Assembly (NCBI RefSeq): GCF_001194135.2 | Contig: NC_068984.1 | Coordinates: 25,234,142-25,298,141 of the forward strand | Reading direction: 5' to 3' | Length of the DNA: 64,000 bases | Source of the DNA: Octopus bimaculoides | Lineage: Eukaryota | In this document: positions 25,104 to 36,717 of the stretch, piece by piece | Numbering within the stretch: the first letter of the stretch is position 1 | Layout of the letters: the number at the start of each line of letters is the position of its first letter | Made by a program: the position numbers and the translations under genes | The notes under the pieces: model-generated | The model's database searches: none | Told to the model about the DNA's origin: nothing | The model's input: only the letters and a program-made list of their open reading frames with translations

Positions 25104-26479
25104 AACAACAAACAAGATGAGGACAAATATCCGACAAATGTAAATAATGTAAATAATATAGTATAAGATGTTTGTCCAATATGCTATTTGTCCAATATAG
25201 TACAAATTGTTTGTCCAATATGGGACTGAACTCTAAACCACAAGGTTGTGAAGTGAGCTTCTTAACCACACAGCCATGCCTATGTAGAATGTTGGATTAG
25301 AGTTAAGCACTTTGTCTCAAATAAGACAAGTTATATTGATGGAATCTTCTCAATTTCTTTCTAATATGTTGTAAGTGAACCAAAAAGTATTTACTTTCTT
25401 GAAGAAAATTGGCACCATTTCATAAAATATGCTAATTACTAACAAGAATTTTTCTTCTTGATTGTTAAAAAGCCCCAGAGAGTAGTGGTTACAAAGCAAA
25501 GAACCTGTAATAATTTGTTTAAATGGATTTGAATTTTTGAGAAATAGTTAATCAGGAACAGGCGTTTATAGAAAACGTGTAATCTATGAGTTGGGTGGAT
25601 GCCAATCTAAGGTCAAAGTGATCAAGTCGAATCATTGATTTCCAAACAGATTTACTACAACTACCAATTATCAGAGGAAAATACACAAAGAAAAAAAAAA
25701 TTTTTTTCAATGTGTTTTATGTAATTTTGGCAACTGTTTCACACAATCTTACAAAGAGTTCTTGAAAATGAAAGTGCAGTTTTTCTACAACGCGACTGTA
25801 AATGTTAAAATAGAAAGAGAATGTGTGTTCAATATATAACACTGAAGATTAATATCATCTGAATATATTTTTTAAATAAATCAACCCACTGCCTTTATCT
25901 TTGGCAATAATCAACAATTTAAAAGTATATCTTACCCCGATGCTGAATACTGCAGTAAATCAAGCAAGCGCTAATTATGCAGAATTCAGTAATTCATAAA
26001 ACTACGAGAGAGAGAGAGAGAGAAAGTGTGTGTGTGCACACGCACACACAAACATGCACATTACACTTTTTATCTTTTACTTGTTTCAATCATTGGATTA
26101 TGGCAATGCAGGGGCACACCCTTGAAAAGTTTAGACAAACAAATCAACCCCCAGAACTTTTTTAAAACAAAAATCTGTTGCCCATTCTCTCAGTCACTTT
26201 TGCTGAACAGCTAAGTTATGGGGGTGTAAAAATGAAAAAAAAAAACACCAACTGTCAAGCAATGGTGGAGGGATGCATACACACAAACACACAACAAGCT
26301 TCCACACAGTTTCCATATGCTTACAAGGCATTGGTTGTGCCCAGGGCTATAGGAGAAAACATTTAAATGCCATGCAGTGGGACTGAACATGGAATCACAT
26401 GGTTGCAAAACAAGCTTCTTAATCACACAGACATGCCAGTGCCTATATACCCTAGTTATTTTACACCCATTTTTCCATG

Positions 26480-27740
26480 CATAAGTGGGTTAGACCAACA
26501 TTCCTAGCAAAGAGCCCACTACTTGTAATCCTTTGTCATATCTTTTATGAAGTTAATTATCCCACAATCAGCTTTTGCCACTCTGTCCTATGCCCTCAGG
26601 CCACATTGTTTGGAATACTTGACACCTTTTTCACCCAATCAACACGCTTCACATGCATCACATGTTTATACTAACACATTACAGTTGATTCCCCTTACAT
26701 CCAGTTTTCCTCTTAGTTAACCTGTGATCCCTCATTCATGCATGCTTACATAACACACCTAGCACAACAGCTCACCTTAGCAAATCCTCTGTACTCAATA
26801 TTTATGTTTTGCTATCATGCAATACCATACTTCATACAAAAGTATCTTTCACGTAAAGAGTAAAGTTCTACATCGTCATTAGAATTAGTAACTCCCTGAA
26901 CAGTTTTCACCCTGTATTTACTCTGGCTACTACACTTTCACAACATTTACTTCTGATTAGGTTGCCTTTTAATGAGCTTAATGAGCAGTTTCAAAAATTT
27001 CATAGATGAGTATATCCTCATACATCTACAACATATAAAGTATTTCTTCTCTGTCAGCTTCCTATAATCCTACCATAACTTTTATGCACTCACAGTTTAC
27101 ATAGGATTCACAGTATAGGATGCCTACATATACCTTTTCTGCATATCAAACATCACTTTAGTTCCTACCAACAATCAGTTTAATTCTTCTTTCATAGCTG
27201 AGAGCCATAATAAATAGGAACGGGGCTGAGAACTGAACCTTAATGAATGCCAACCTGTATGTTAAATTGCTCACAGATTTCATTGCTAACTCATCTTGCT
27301 GATAGTAACTGTGTACCTGCATGACTGTTGTAAGACATTCATCTACATCCAATTTTTTCAGCAACTACCAGACTACAAAGCATGCTACTCTGTCAAGGGT
27401 CTTCAGGTCTACAAGTGCTAGTTATAGGGGTCTTCATTTAACTAAGGGCTTGTCCTGCAGTTGTCTTGCTAAAAAGAAGGGATTATTGGCTCCCTAACTT
27501 GGTACATATCTAAGTTGTATCTCATCTAATTCACTCCTGCCATGTTTAAAGTTAGTTGATCAATTCGATGCTTCTGATCTATCTATTTTGTGCTTCCTTC
27601 TGCAGAATCTTTTTGGCTCTTGTAGCAGTTGACAATGCAGCTGCTCTGCCAATCATTAGGGAAAGTACTTTTCTACATTACCCGACTGACTATGCAGATA
27701 ACTCATACTTTGCCAAATATTTTTACTATCTCTGACTATC
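26480..27740 (-). mobile_element. Old RTE-type LINE RT remnant
   Basis: Around 27160-27430: L*LALVDLKTLDRV...LLKKLDVDECL...FIKVQFSAPFLFIM, corresponding to AFVDxEKAFDRV and VHQGSVLSPLLF; outer limits approximate. Confidence 0.6.
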
Positions 27741-28201
27741 CTTGATAGATCTGCTGCTTTTACACACCCACACACTCACACACACAGTCAAGAAATGCAG
27801 AATGGCTGTGCTGCTGAAATAATCTAAGAGTTCAATAAACTTGTAGATCTGGAAATTTGCATATAAATTATTTGAATAAATATTTGAATTATCTTCTCAA
27901 TGGTGAAATGAAATAGTCAGGTTAACAAAAACATGCAGTGAAACTATTCTTGCCGGAGGGCAACAACATCTTGACAACATAATAACAAGGATATTAATCA
28001 TATTGCAATCATTAATTCAACATTTTAGCTTCACAGCTGCTAAAAGCACAATGAAAATTCTTTTCTTATTTTACTTTATGCTTTTATAATTTACAAAGCA
28101 TAAATAATTTAAATCATTTGCTTCAAATTTCTATCTTGCCTTATTCATTAAAGATCTTTATTTTGGTATATTATTAAAAGAAGAAAAAAAGAAATATTTA
28201 C

Positions 28202-28306
28202 AGAAAAGTGTCTCATAAAATCCAAAAGTGTTTCAATATCATCTTCAGTCCTCTTGTCTGGATCTTTCTTCAGACTCTCGTACACAATATCTCGTGTTGT
28301 ATAGAG
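28202..28306 (-). CDS. RAPGEF2: PDZ-GEF exon 4: LYTTRDIVYESLKKDPDKRTEDDIETLLDFMRHFS
   Basis: Acceptor ctgttccag, donor GTAAAT; 105 nt, phase 0-0; resembles [27 protein letters not shown]. Confidence 0.94.
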
Positions 28307-28583
28307 CTGGAACAGAATACAAGAAAGTATATAAAAGACCATTTAACAATTGTAAAATAACAAAATCAAGAAATTAACAACAGATGGTTTGAAAAAAATC
28401 TCAAAGGAACCAAATCCTACAAGGAAATAAGTTGAAAATTAGAGGAAAAAAATGGGGAGGGAGAAATGAATATGAAAATTATAGAATGACTCAAGTTTAC
28501 ATTCTGGTCTATGTTCTCTCTACATAGAGAAATCTATAGAAATGAAATATTATCAAGATAATGACCCTCAGTATATCATTTAA

Positions 28584-28799
28584 CCTTTTAGCATTCAGAT
28601 TATTTAGTCAAATGTAGTAGTTATTGACATTGTTTTGAATTAATCATGTATTACCTTGTAGCTGTGAGATGTCAACAATGTAATTATATATTTTAAGAAT
28701 GACATTGTAGGATAAGTGTAAGAGGCCAAATCTGGCTAGCTGGAACATAAAACATGTAGATTATTTGGGTTGGATATGGCCAGTTTGAATCCTAAAGGG
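28584..28799. mobile_element. piggyBac-type MITE, diverged copy
   Basis: TTAA/CCTTTTAGCATT...CCTAAAGGG/CTAA. Confidence 0.7.
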
Positions 28800-30540
28800 C
28801 TAACATGACCAACTGTTATCACTGCTGGGCTAATAAGCTGTTCCTACCTTAGTACCTAATTTAAATTAAGGGACTTTTTCTGTTTTGGAGGAAGAGCAGA
28901 GCCCATGACATTTCACAGGATTCAATAATATGAAGAGTAAAGGGAGGAACCATGACTTGCAATTCTAAGTCTAGAGAACTAGTTCAAATACTTGCAACAG
29001 AGTCAACTCCGCTAAAGGTACCCAAGAGCAATGTGTTGGTGTTAAAGCAGACACCAATGAAGTCTACTAACTAAATAACAACATGGTGAACCTGACAGAC
29101 CTGCATGGTGTCTATCAACCCAGATACACTTACAATGAATGATTGGATGAACCTGAGGCTACAGTAGAAGGTCCTTGCCAAAGGCACTACATAGTGAAAT
29201 TGAAATTGAAACCATGGGATTGTTAAGCAAATTTCTTAAATGCATGGTCATTCTTTTCATGCAGGTAAAGTTCAAAGTTTTGTCCAAAGAGCTCAAAAAT
29301 TCATATAATTGAACTGCATGTATACTGCAAGTTCTTTGACTAAACCCTAATCAGCTACTGGACCTTTTTTTTTTTTTATCCCTATCAGAAATGCAGATAA
29401 AACACAATCAATAATGTAATACTTACAAGTTTCAAATTAGTACATAACAGTAATTAAATATTGATTATTATAGTTATCATAATTAGGAAATGCATTAGGT
29501 AGTAAACACCTAGTTACTTGACTATCAGTTCATATACAGCCATGAGGATATCTGAACTCTTAATGTAAGAGTGGGGCAAAATATATCAATAAGTTATTAC
29601 AATTAGGTCAGTAAATAATTCTAGTAATCTAAAAAGAACCAACTGATCATGCAATCATGTACAACTCTTTATAACATGGAATTTCCTAAATTATTAATGA
29701 AAAACTAGTCAAATAAAAGCATAATATTTTATTAGAAATATTTTTTTGAATCATATGGAATTCATGAAAAGAATCTAGGAAAAAGGAATTTCTAACATGA
29801 ACAACTGTATACATACTAGCTAGTGGGTCTAAGAATTCATATTAAAAACAAAAAAGTTTTCAGTAAAACTAATCTCATCACAAAATTACGTGAAGGTATT
29901 TGTATAAGTAGACTGAAAATTACTGGAAAATAGGAACTTTTTGAATGCATGATATAAAATTCTGATATAACTCTAAGGCATGTAATGAAAGGTATAGAAA
30001 TATTTTATTTGAACCTGATCAAAGTGAATGGGAGTGTATGCATGTGTGTGTTTATGCACATGTGATGTATGCTTTCTATTGGAGCTGTTAATGTAGTTGA
30101 CTGCTTTCTACTTTAACTCTTTCCAATCCAACACACCTGAGACTATCTCTTAAAGTTTTCAAGTTTAAATACAAATCTTGTTTGAAATCTGTATTCTTGC
30201 TTGAAAGAATAATATTTGATTTTAATAAGTAAATTACTCTATTTCGAATACCAGCTTAATATACCTATAAATAACTTTATTATTTTTCTAAATCACTTGT
30301 TAGAAATAAATTGGTTTAGTGAACAAAGATTTCACTTTAAACATTACTAAGAACCCTGACTTCTATTTTTATTTAGTTAAGTTTCTCTATCAAACACTAA
30401 AGCCTTTTTATTTTTACATTTAGAATATGAATCCAGAAGCATTGAGAGAGATATAATTAAATCATTTATTAGTGTGTTGCAAAGCAAATGCAACTATACA
30501 GAAGAGCTTGTAATATACTAAGTTAAAACTCTCTTGCATA

Positions 30541-30548
30541 GAAAAAAA
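30541..30548 (-). terminator. Possible Pol III terminator (TTTTTTT) directly after the tRNA-like sequence
   Basis: Plus strand gaaaaaaa abuts the 3' end of the tRNA-like unit. Confidence 0.35.
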
Positions 30549-30623
30549 GGCTACCAGCAGGATTTGAACCATACATTTTCAGTGACCATGTCAGACATGC
30601 TAACCAACTGCACTAAAGTAACC
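30549..30623 (-). pseudogene. Degenerate tRNA-like sequence with downstream T7 run
   Basis: D stem GTGC/GCAT, A box TAGTGCAGTTGG, B box GGTTCAAATCC, pairable acceptor stem; anticodon and T stems are damaged, so isotype cannot be assigned. Confidence 0.55.
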
Positions 30624-32103
30624 TTTGGGCTCTCTTCCATCAAATTGGAAGCTTAAATCTTGAGTTTTGTTTATTTCTGTGTTCTAGCTTTCATGAAATT
30701 TGTTAGTTTCTTCTACAGATATACACTTTAAAAGAATTATTTACATATGTATATCTGCATCCAGGTGTTAAATTTGATAAATTCCTTTCTGATTTGTTTC
30801 CCCTTGGAGCAAATCAAATGGCCTTTTAATTAATATGACAGTATCTTAAGCATTTTAGCCAGCAAACTTCAACTTATTTCAGTCCATTAGTGTAACTTTC
30901 TATCAAGGCTACAAGGCAAACAAAGCCTCATTATATATAATTAAAGTTATGCTATACAAATGACACAGAATATCAAATAGCAAACTGTAGTGCAAAACAT
31001 ATAACAAGCTGCATCTGACATTTGCTTATTAAAATAAGCGGAGATCTTAAAACTTGATTTTGTCATGTTTCCTTCCACCTCGGTTAAAGAGAGAATTGTA
31101 ACCCCCATCTCAAAATCTTAGTTCTTTGCAGCTGGCATGACACTATTTTGATTGCAACTAATTGTCAAGTGTCAAATGAATGACATGCATAACAAAGAAC
31201 AAACTGTTAGATTCAGTTCTATAGAACAGACAGTTTGTTTAATGCAGCTTGTTGCAGTGATTTTTCTGCAAAGATTAGCAAGCCATGTGGTAACAAGCTT
31301 CATCACATAACTAGGTTTAGATCTTCTTGTAATTATTTTTCAACCTTCCAGATTTAATAAAGTACCAGTAACCTACAAATGCTTATTTCTTACTTTCAAA
31401 ATTAGCTACACCACTAGGTGGAGTGGAAGGAAATAACCTATTTCATGTGACAATTTTTTCATGTTTCTTTATTATATCACTAAAGGATATACAGAAATGG
31501 GGTTATGATTAGAGAATGTTAACATGTTCTGGGCTGTATAATATGATCCAATATTGAAATTCAAAGGAAAATTGCTGTATAAATGTCTGATCAAAAAATA
31601 TGAATAATCATTTGCCTAACAATGGTGAAAATAAAATAATTGATATGTTTTGGCTGAGAATGTGGGCTTCTTAAAGAAGCAAACTTTTCAACAGTGATAT
31701 ACCTGAAGAGTAGTTGATGAGGAAATACTGAAAAAGCCATTTTGCAAATTGAAGAGCAGAAAGTGAGAGAAAGAGAGAGACAGACAATCAGACAGATGAA
31801 AGGAATGTATCATGTTCATGGATATTTTAACTTGAGAAGTTAAAAATAATTATACTACTTTTGAAAACTAGTTGTCTTTCAGCAAGGCATGAAAGTCCAT
31901 ATCCCTAATTTTTCCTTACCTTTTAGGGAGAAGGGGTGAGAGAGAAGGAGAGAGATATAAAACTGATACTGAATCACAATTCAAATTGTTAACTTGATTA
32001 AGCAACCTGATGGTTTACAGAACTGGATTTGAATCATTTCACATGAACTCTATATTAAAAATTCACCAACAATACGCAGGTTTCATATTACAATATTTAT
32101 TAA

Positions 32104-32320
32104 CCCTTTAGCATCTAGATTATTCTGTCACATGTAATGCTTATTTATCCACATTGTTTTGAATTAATCATGCATTATTTTGTGGCTTCAAGATCTCAGT
32201 GATGTGATTGTTTATTTTTACAATGACACTGTAGGGTAGGTGTGAGATGTTGGATCTGACCAGTTTGAACATAAAAGCAGAATATTTTGGCCAGATATAG
32301 CTAGTTTAAATGCTAAAGGG
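32104..32320. mobile_element. piggyBac-type MITE, same family
   Basis: TTAA on both sides; CCCTTTAGCAT...ATGCTAAAGGG. Confidence 0.85.
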
Positions 32321-34171
32321 TTAAAAGGAGAAATGACTATTACCGGTATTCACCAGGAAATAATATCAACCTAAAACATTTTTTAAAATTCTAAACACAA
32401 AATAAGTTTGTATGGTATCATAACTTTTGTATGTTTGAAATATCATGAAGTATTTATGAGTTTCCTTCATTAGCTACTCCTATTAATCAATTGGGAAATC
32501 AACCTCAGAAGAATAAAAATTACAATATTAACTAAGGTTGGGTTTGAAATAGAACTACAGGTTCCGAGCATATAGTGAACATCATATCAATTCTGACCTC
32601 TTAAACCGCAGCCAACAACAGGATATATTAATGATTTTAAGTGGAACATGACACTTATGACAAAAACTTTAGTGTACACCCTAAAATATGTGTTTGTGAT
32701 GCATGTTTTACAATTTAGTCATGACATATAAAAATACATAAAAAGATCTATATTAGGTTGGGTAAAATCTTTGTCATGAATACAACTAATAGAAAGTGGA
32801 AACTATGAGTGATAAAATGAAATTTAATCTGAAAAGGAAAGAGAGAAATATCCATAAAAGTCAAATTAGAATTGAAGACACTGACCATTTTCATGTCAGC
32901 AGAACTTATTAAAGAATAAGTAAATGCTTCATTTCTTAATTAATTAATTAATTAAATATCAAGAACGTTTAAGTGTATAAAATTAACTGACAGAAAAAGT
33001 ACTTCCCAAATTTAAAACATTTTCAAATAAACATTAATCTTTTTCTTTTTATTCTGTTGAGTTACTGACATATTTTATTTTAGTAATATTATATGTACAT
33101 ACATTTGATAGTATATCTTTCCTACTCTAGGCACAAGGTCTGAAATTTTTGAGGAGGGGATGACCAGTCGATTAGATCAACCCCAGTACGACCCTGAAAG
33201 GATGAATGGTGAAGTTGTCGACCTTGGCGGAATTTGAACTCAGAATGTAAAGACAGGCGAAATACCACTAAGCATGTCACCCGGCGTGCTAACATTTCTG
33301 CCAGCTCGCTGCCTTTGATAGTATATCTGTGCCTCTTTGTCTCTCCACTGAATTGATATGTTTAAATATTAAACATAAGTGCACATGAAATGTAATTTGA
33401 AATACCTGCATAAAATTATGTAAATGTTTAGAACAGAAATGAGTGTCTTCTTTTTTTTTTAATGTTGACTACATATGATTATGAAATCATTGTGATTGGT
33501 GTAGTGACATAGACCTAGTGGCAGTAAAACTATTGTAACAGTTAGGAATCACAATATCCAACCAGCTTCACATTACAAATGACGAGAAAGTATTCAAGAT
33601 GCCATCAATAGAACAAACTTTGCAATAAGTCAGTTTAGCTTATGTGTTGTAGGACATGCTAGGGAGAAAGTGCAAGAAAGGGTTGAACGAGGGAAAAGGA
33701 GTGAGAGAAAGGGAAAAACAATGGAATAACAAAATCAGATATGAGAAAATAATAATTAAAAAAAACAAGAAGAAATCAAGACAAAGTGCCAAAGAAAGGA
33801 AAGTGAAAGAGGGAGAGAAAGAAAGATAAAAGAAAAATAATATGAGACAAAGGTAGGGAATAGAGAGAAGGATACCAAAAAGAGAGAATGTATAGAAAGG
33901 TAATGTAAAATGCCTAATGCTGATATAATATAACTAGAACAGAGTGTTTTGCCAAGGGACATGAGAACTAACTACAACCAGAGAACACCATTATGATCAG
34001 GAGAACCAGAGGAATAATACACAGTGTACTATAACAAAACACAAACTATTATATAGATAAAGAGGAACAAATTAATAATTATTTTCAATTGTTTACTTCT
34101 TTTTATTGCCTATATGTAAGGCTTTTACTAACAGGTACAATTTTCATTAAGACTTAGTAAATATATATATA

Positions 34172-34347
34172 GTATTCTAGATCCACTTCAGCTGATTTGA
34201 TTTTACAAATTGGTTTTACACACAAATTAGGGGATAACCTAAAATGGCACTCATCAGAAGAGCTGGTATGGAAAGTATTTTTCATCTTGGCACTATCTCA
34301 ATTGCAAAACTGATCGGTAAAAATCACCTGAAATGGATCTATAATAC
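34172..34347. mobile_element. Small element with 27-bp terminal inverted repeats in TA-rich flanks (Tc1/mariner-type MITE-like)
   Basis: GTATTCTAGATCCACTTCAGCTGATTT (34172-34198) versus reverse complement of 34321-34347: 24/27 match. Confidence 0.6.
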
Positions 34348-34437
34348 TGTATAGTATAAATATTAATATACTCACTCCATTGAGAAATATATTAGTGCCT
34401 GTTTTTTATGACATGGATTCTTACATATACATATATA

Positions 34438-34491
<54 letters not shown>

Positions 34492-34650
34492 TCACAGACA
34501 AGAAACACAATAGCATAAATGTAATAAGTGTTACTGAGATTGAAAACTGGGGGGAGGGGGTCATTTTTGTTTTGTTACAGTGCAGAAGAAGCAGAAAGAT
34601 ATATTGCATTTTTATTGTGTAAAAGACAAAACACAAAAACTAAACCTCAC

Positions 34651-34671
34651 CTCCTGGAAAAGATCAAATCG
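34651..34671 (-). CDS. RAPGEF2: Candidate 21-nt microexon RFDLFQE between exons 3 and 4
   Basis: ttttttttccccttcag/CGATTTGATCTTTTCCAGGAG/gtgagg; phase 0-0, matches both neighbours, no stop. Confidence 0.65.
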
Positions 34672-35532
34672 CTGAAGGGGAAAAAAAAGAATATAGAATG
34701 CATAACAGGTTCTTTGATCAAGATAGAGAGAATAAGAGACAAACAAAGAATAAAAGAAAATCACCATTTAAAACAGGCATAGGCACCCTTTTTTTTTTTG
34801 AGACGTAGTCTGCATGAGACATGGCTCATCATCAGACAGGCCACACTACTAAAAATATTTGAAGTAATTTTTCTTTAAGTGTGCTGTTCAGAAAGTCCTG
34901 CAAGCTACAGGATACCCATGACTGATTTAAAAGAACAAATATGTAGTTTGGAAGCAACAAATAAAAATGTCACAAAGAAAAGTTGTCATTTATAATAAAT
35001 TCCAGATTCCAGCAATACAAATCATTATCAACATCATTATCACCTCCATCATCCTTCTCCTCCTCCTTCAACATCTGCTTTCCATGCTGGCAAGGGCTGA
35101 ACTGATATCAGATTTTTAAATTTACAATTTGCAACGAATAGAAAAAAACCAAGTTGAAAACACAATTACTTTTATAATACTGGAATTTAAAAATAAAAAA
35201 ATCCGATATTATATTTGTCATTATTTTTGAGAAGCTCCAAAATAACTGAGAGTTGATAAAATTATCAAGAATCATAATTAGATTTCTTTTCTTGTTCAAA
35301 ATTCCAGAAACAAAGAGATATTACTTGATTCTCAACTACCTTGAATGCATTAATTGCCAAATAGTTCATTAGATATATTTCCATCATAAATCATCATAAG
35401 AGTAACTGGCAATAGAAAGTAATTATTTTCTAGTGTGTTATCTGAGAAACTAATTAACTCTCAAGTTCACTTTCACATCTGTAACTCTTCATAGCCAAAT
35501 AAAATTTATAGTTAAACTCAATAATATATATA

Positions 35533-36717
35533 GTGCAAGGGATATATGAGGACACTTAATTATTTGTATAATACTCTCTTCAAACCAATTTAAAGGTTTT
35601 TATTTATTTCAAATTCCCCCATGGGAGATAAAATGCTAACACAAGAAATGAAAACACACGCAGTCATTGATGCCATATATGCAGAACACAGTGATTCAGA
35701 AATTGCCAACTTTCTAGGTGTTGCAAGATCTTTATACACAAAAGTTGGATGGAATTGGAAGCGTCTTGACTGTATCAAAGAGAAAAAACATTCTAAACAT
35801 TCAAACACTATAAGAACATCACAATTCATCCAACATATCTAAAACATAATTGATGATGATCCTGGAAAATCAATGAGGGTCATTGCCAAAGAACTTCAGG
35901 TGTCAGAGTGGACTACCATAGCTGTGATGCATGAGGACATTCAATAAAAATCATAAGTACTGAGAAGTCAATTCATGTCTGCAAGGGCACAGGGAAACCA
36001 TTTCATCCTTGCCAAGTGGTTACTTAGCAAGGTTAAGAACTCTCATAAACATGGTTCTTCTCTGACCGGAAAAACTTTGGCCCAGTCTAACAGGAGAAAT
36101 GGCATATGATAATGTGCAAATCTTTCTGATGTCCTATAGTTACATATACTGTTTCAAACAACTGTGATGGTGTTAGGAGTGGCAAGAAATGAAGGTCATG
36201 TCATATCATCTCACATCATTCTATGAGGTCTTAGAATTAATGCTGCTGGATACAGTAGTTAAATTCTGCATGGATGAAGTACACAGTAGAAGGCTCAGCA
36301 TCTTTTCACAAAGTCCACATAACCCAAGAATGGATATCAGGCAATTTTTATGCTCATTTAGCACCAAACTTGTGCCCTCCAAACTCACCAAATTTAAATT
36401 CAATGGGCTGCTATGTTTAGAGAATAATAGAAAAGAAGACTAATCAACATCCCCACAATACCATAACTTCACTGAAGGCTACTACTATCCAGGTGATGCT
36501 CAAAATGAATAAGGACTATTTAGTGCAGGGATGTCAATGATTCCAGTCTTGCATTAAAATAGTAAGAGAAACTGGCAGCAGATTCATAGAATAATCTTAT
36601 AACAAAGCTTTTTGACATATGCACAAATTTTTATTGAAATTTGAAATACAATTGATTTTTGCTAGATTAAAGTGGTTTTATTAAATTACCAAATATGTCC
36701 TCAAATACCTCTCACAC
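35533..36717 (+). mobile_element. Decayed Tc1/mariner-superfamily transposon, DD37D (maT)-like
   Basis: Broken transposase from 35621: HTH-like EHSDSEIANFLGVARS, DPGKSMRVIAKELQVSE, SDRKNF, TVMVLGVARNEGHVM; many stops and frameshifts; degraded TIRs 35533-35554 and 36696-36717 (17/22 match). Confidence 0.8.

Larger units (their letters stand above)
24656..25157. repeat. Near-perfect fold-back palindrome: arms 24656-24893 and 24908-25157, 14-nt loop
   Basis: Arms are reverse complements differing by 3 substitutions and 12 nt of AAT tract. Confidence 0.97.
24310..25278 (-). mobile_element. SINE family A copy interrupted by the palindromic hammerhead element
   Basis: SINE body stops near 24626 and resumes near 25156; ATATA(T/G)TATAAGAT is duplicated on both sides. 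Confidence 0.7.

Noticed and set aside
34376-34398. 23-nt segment ending at GTGAGT
   Set aside because: No pyrimidine tract before the AG and it would shift the frame.
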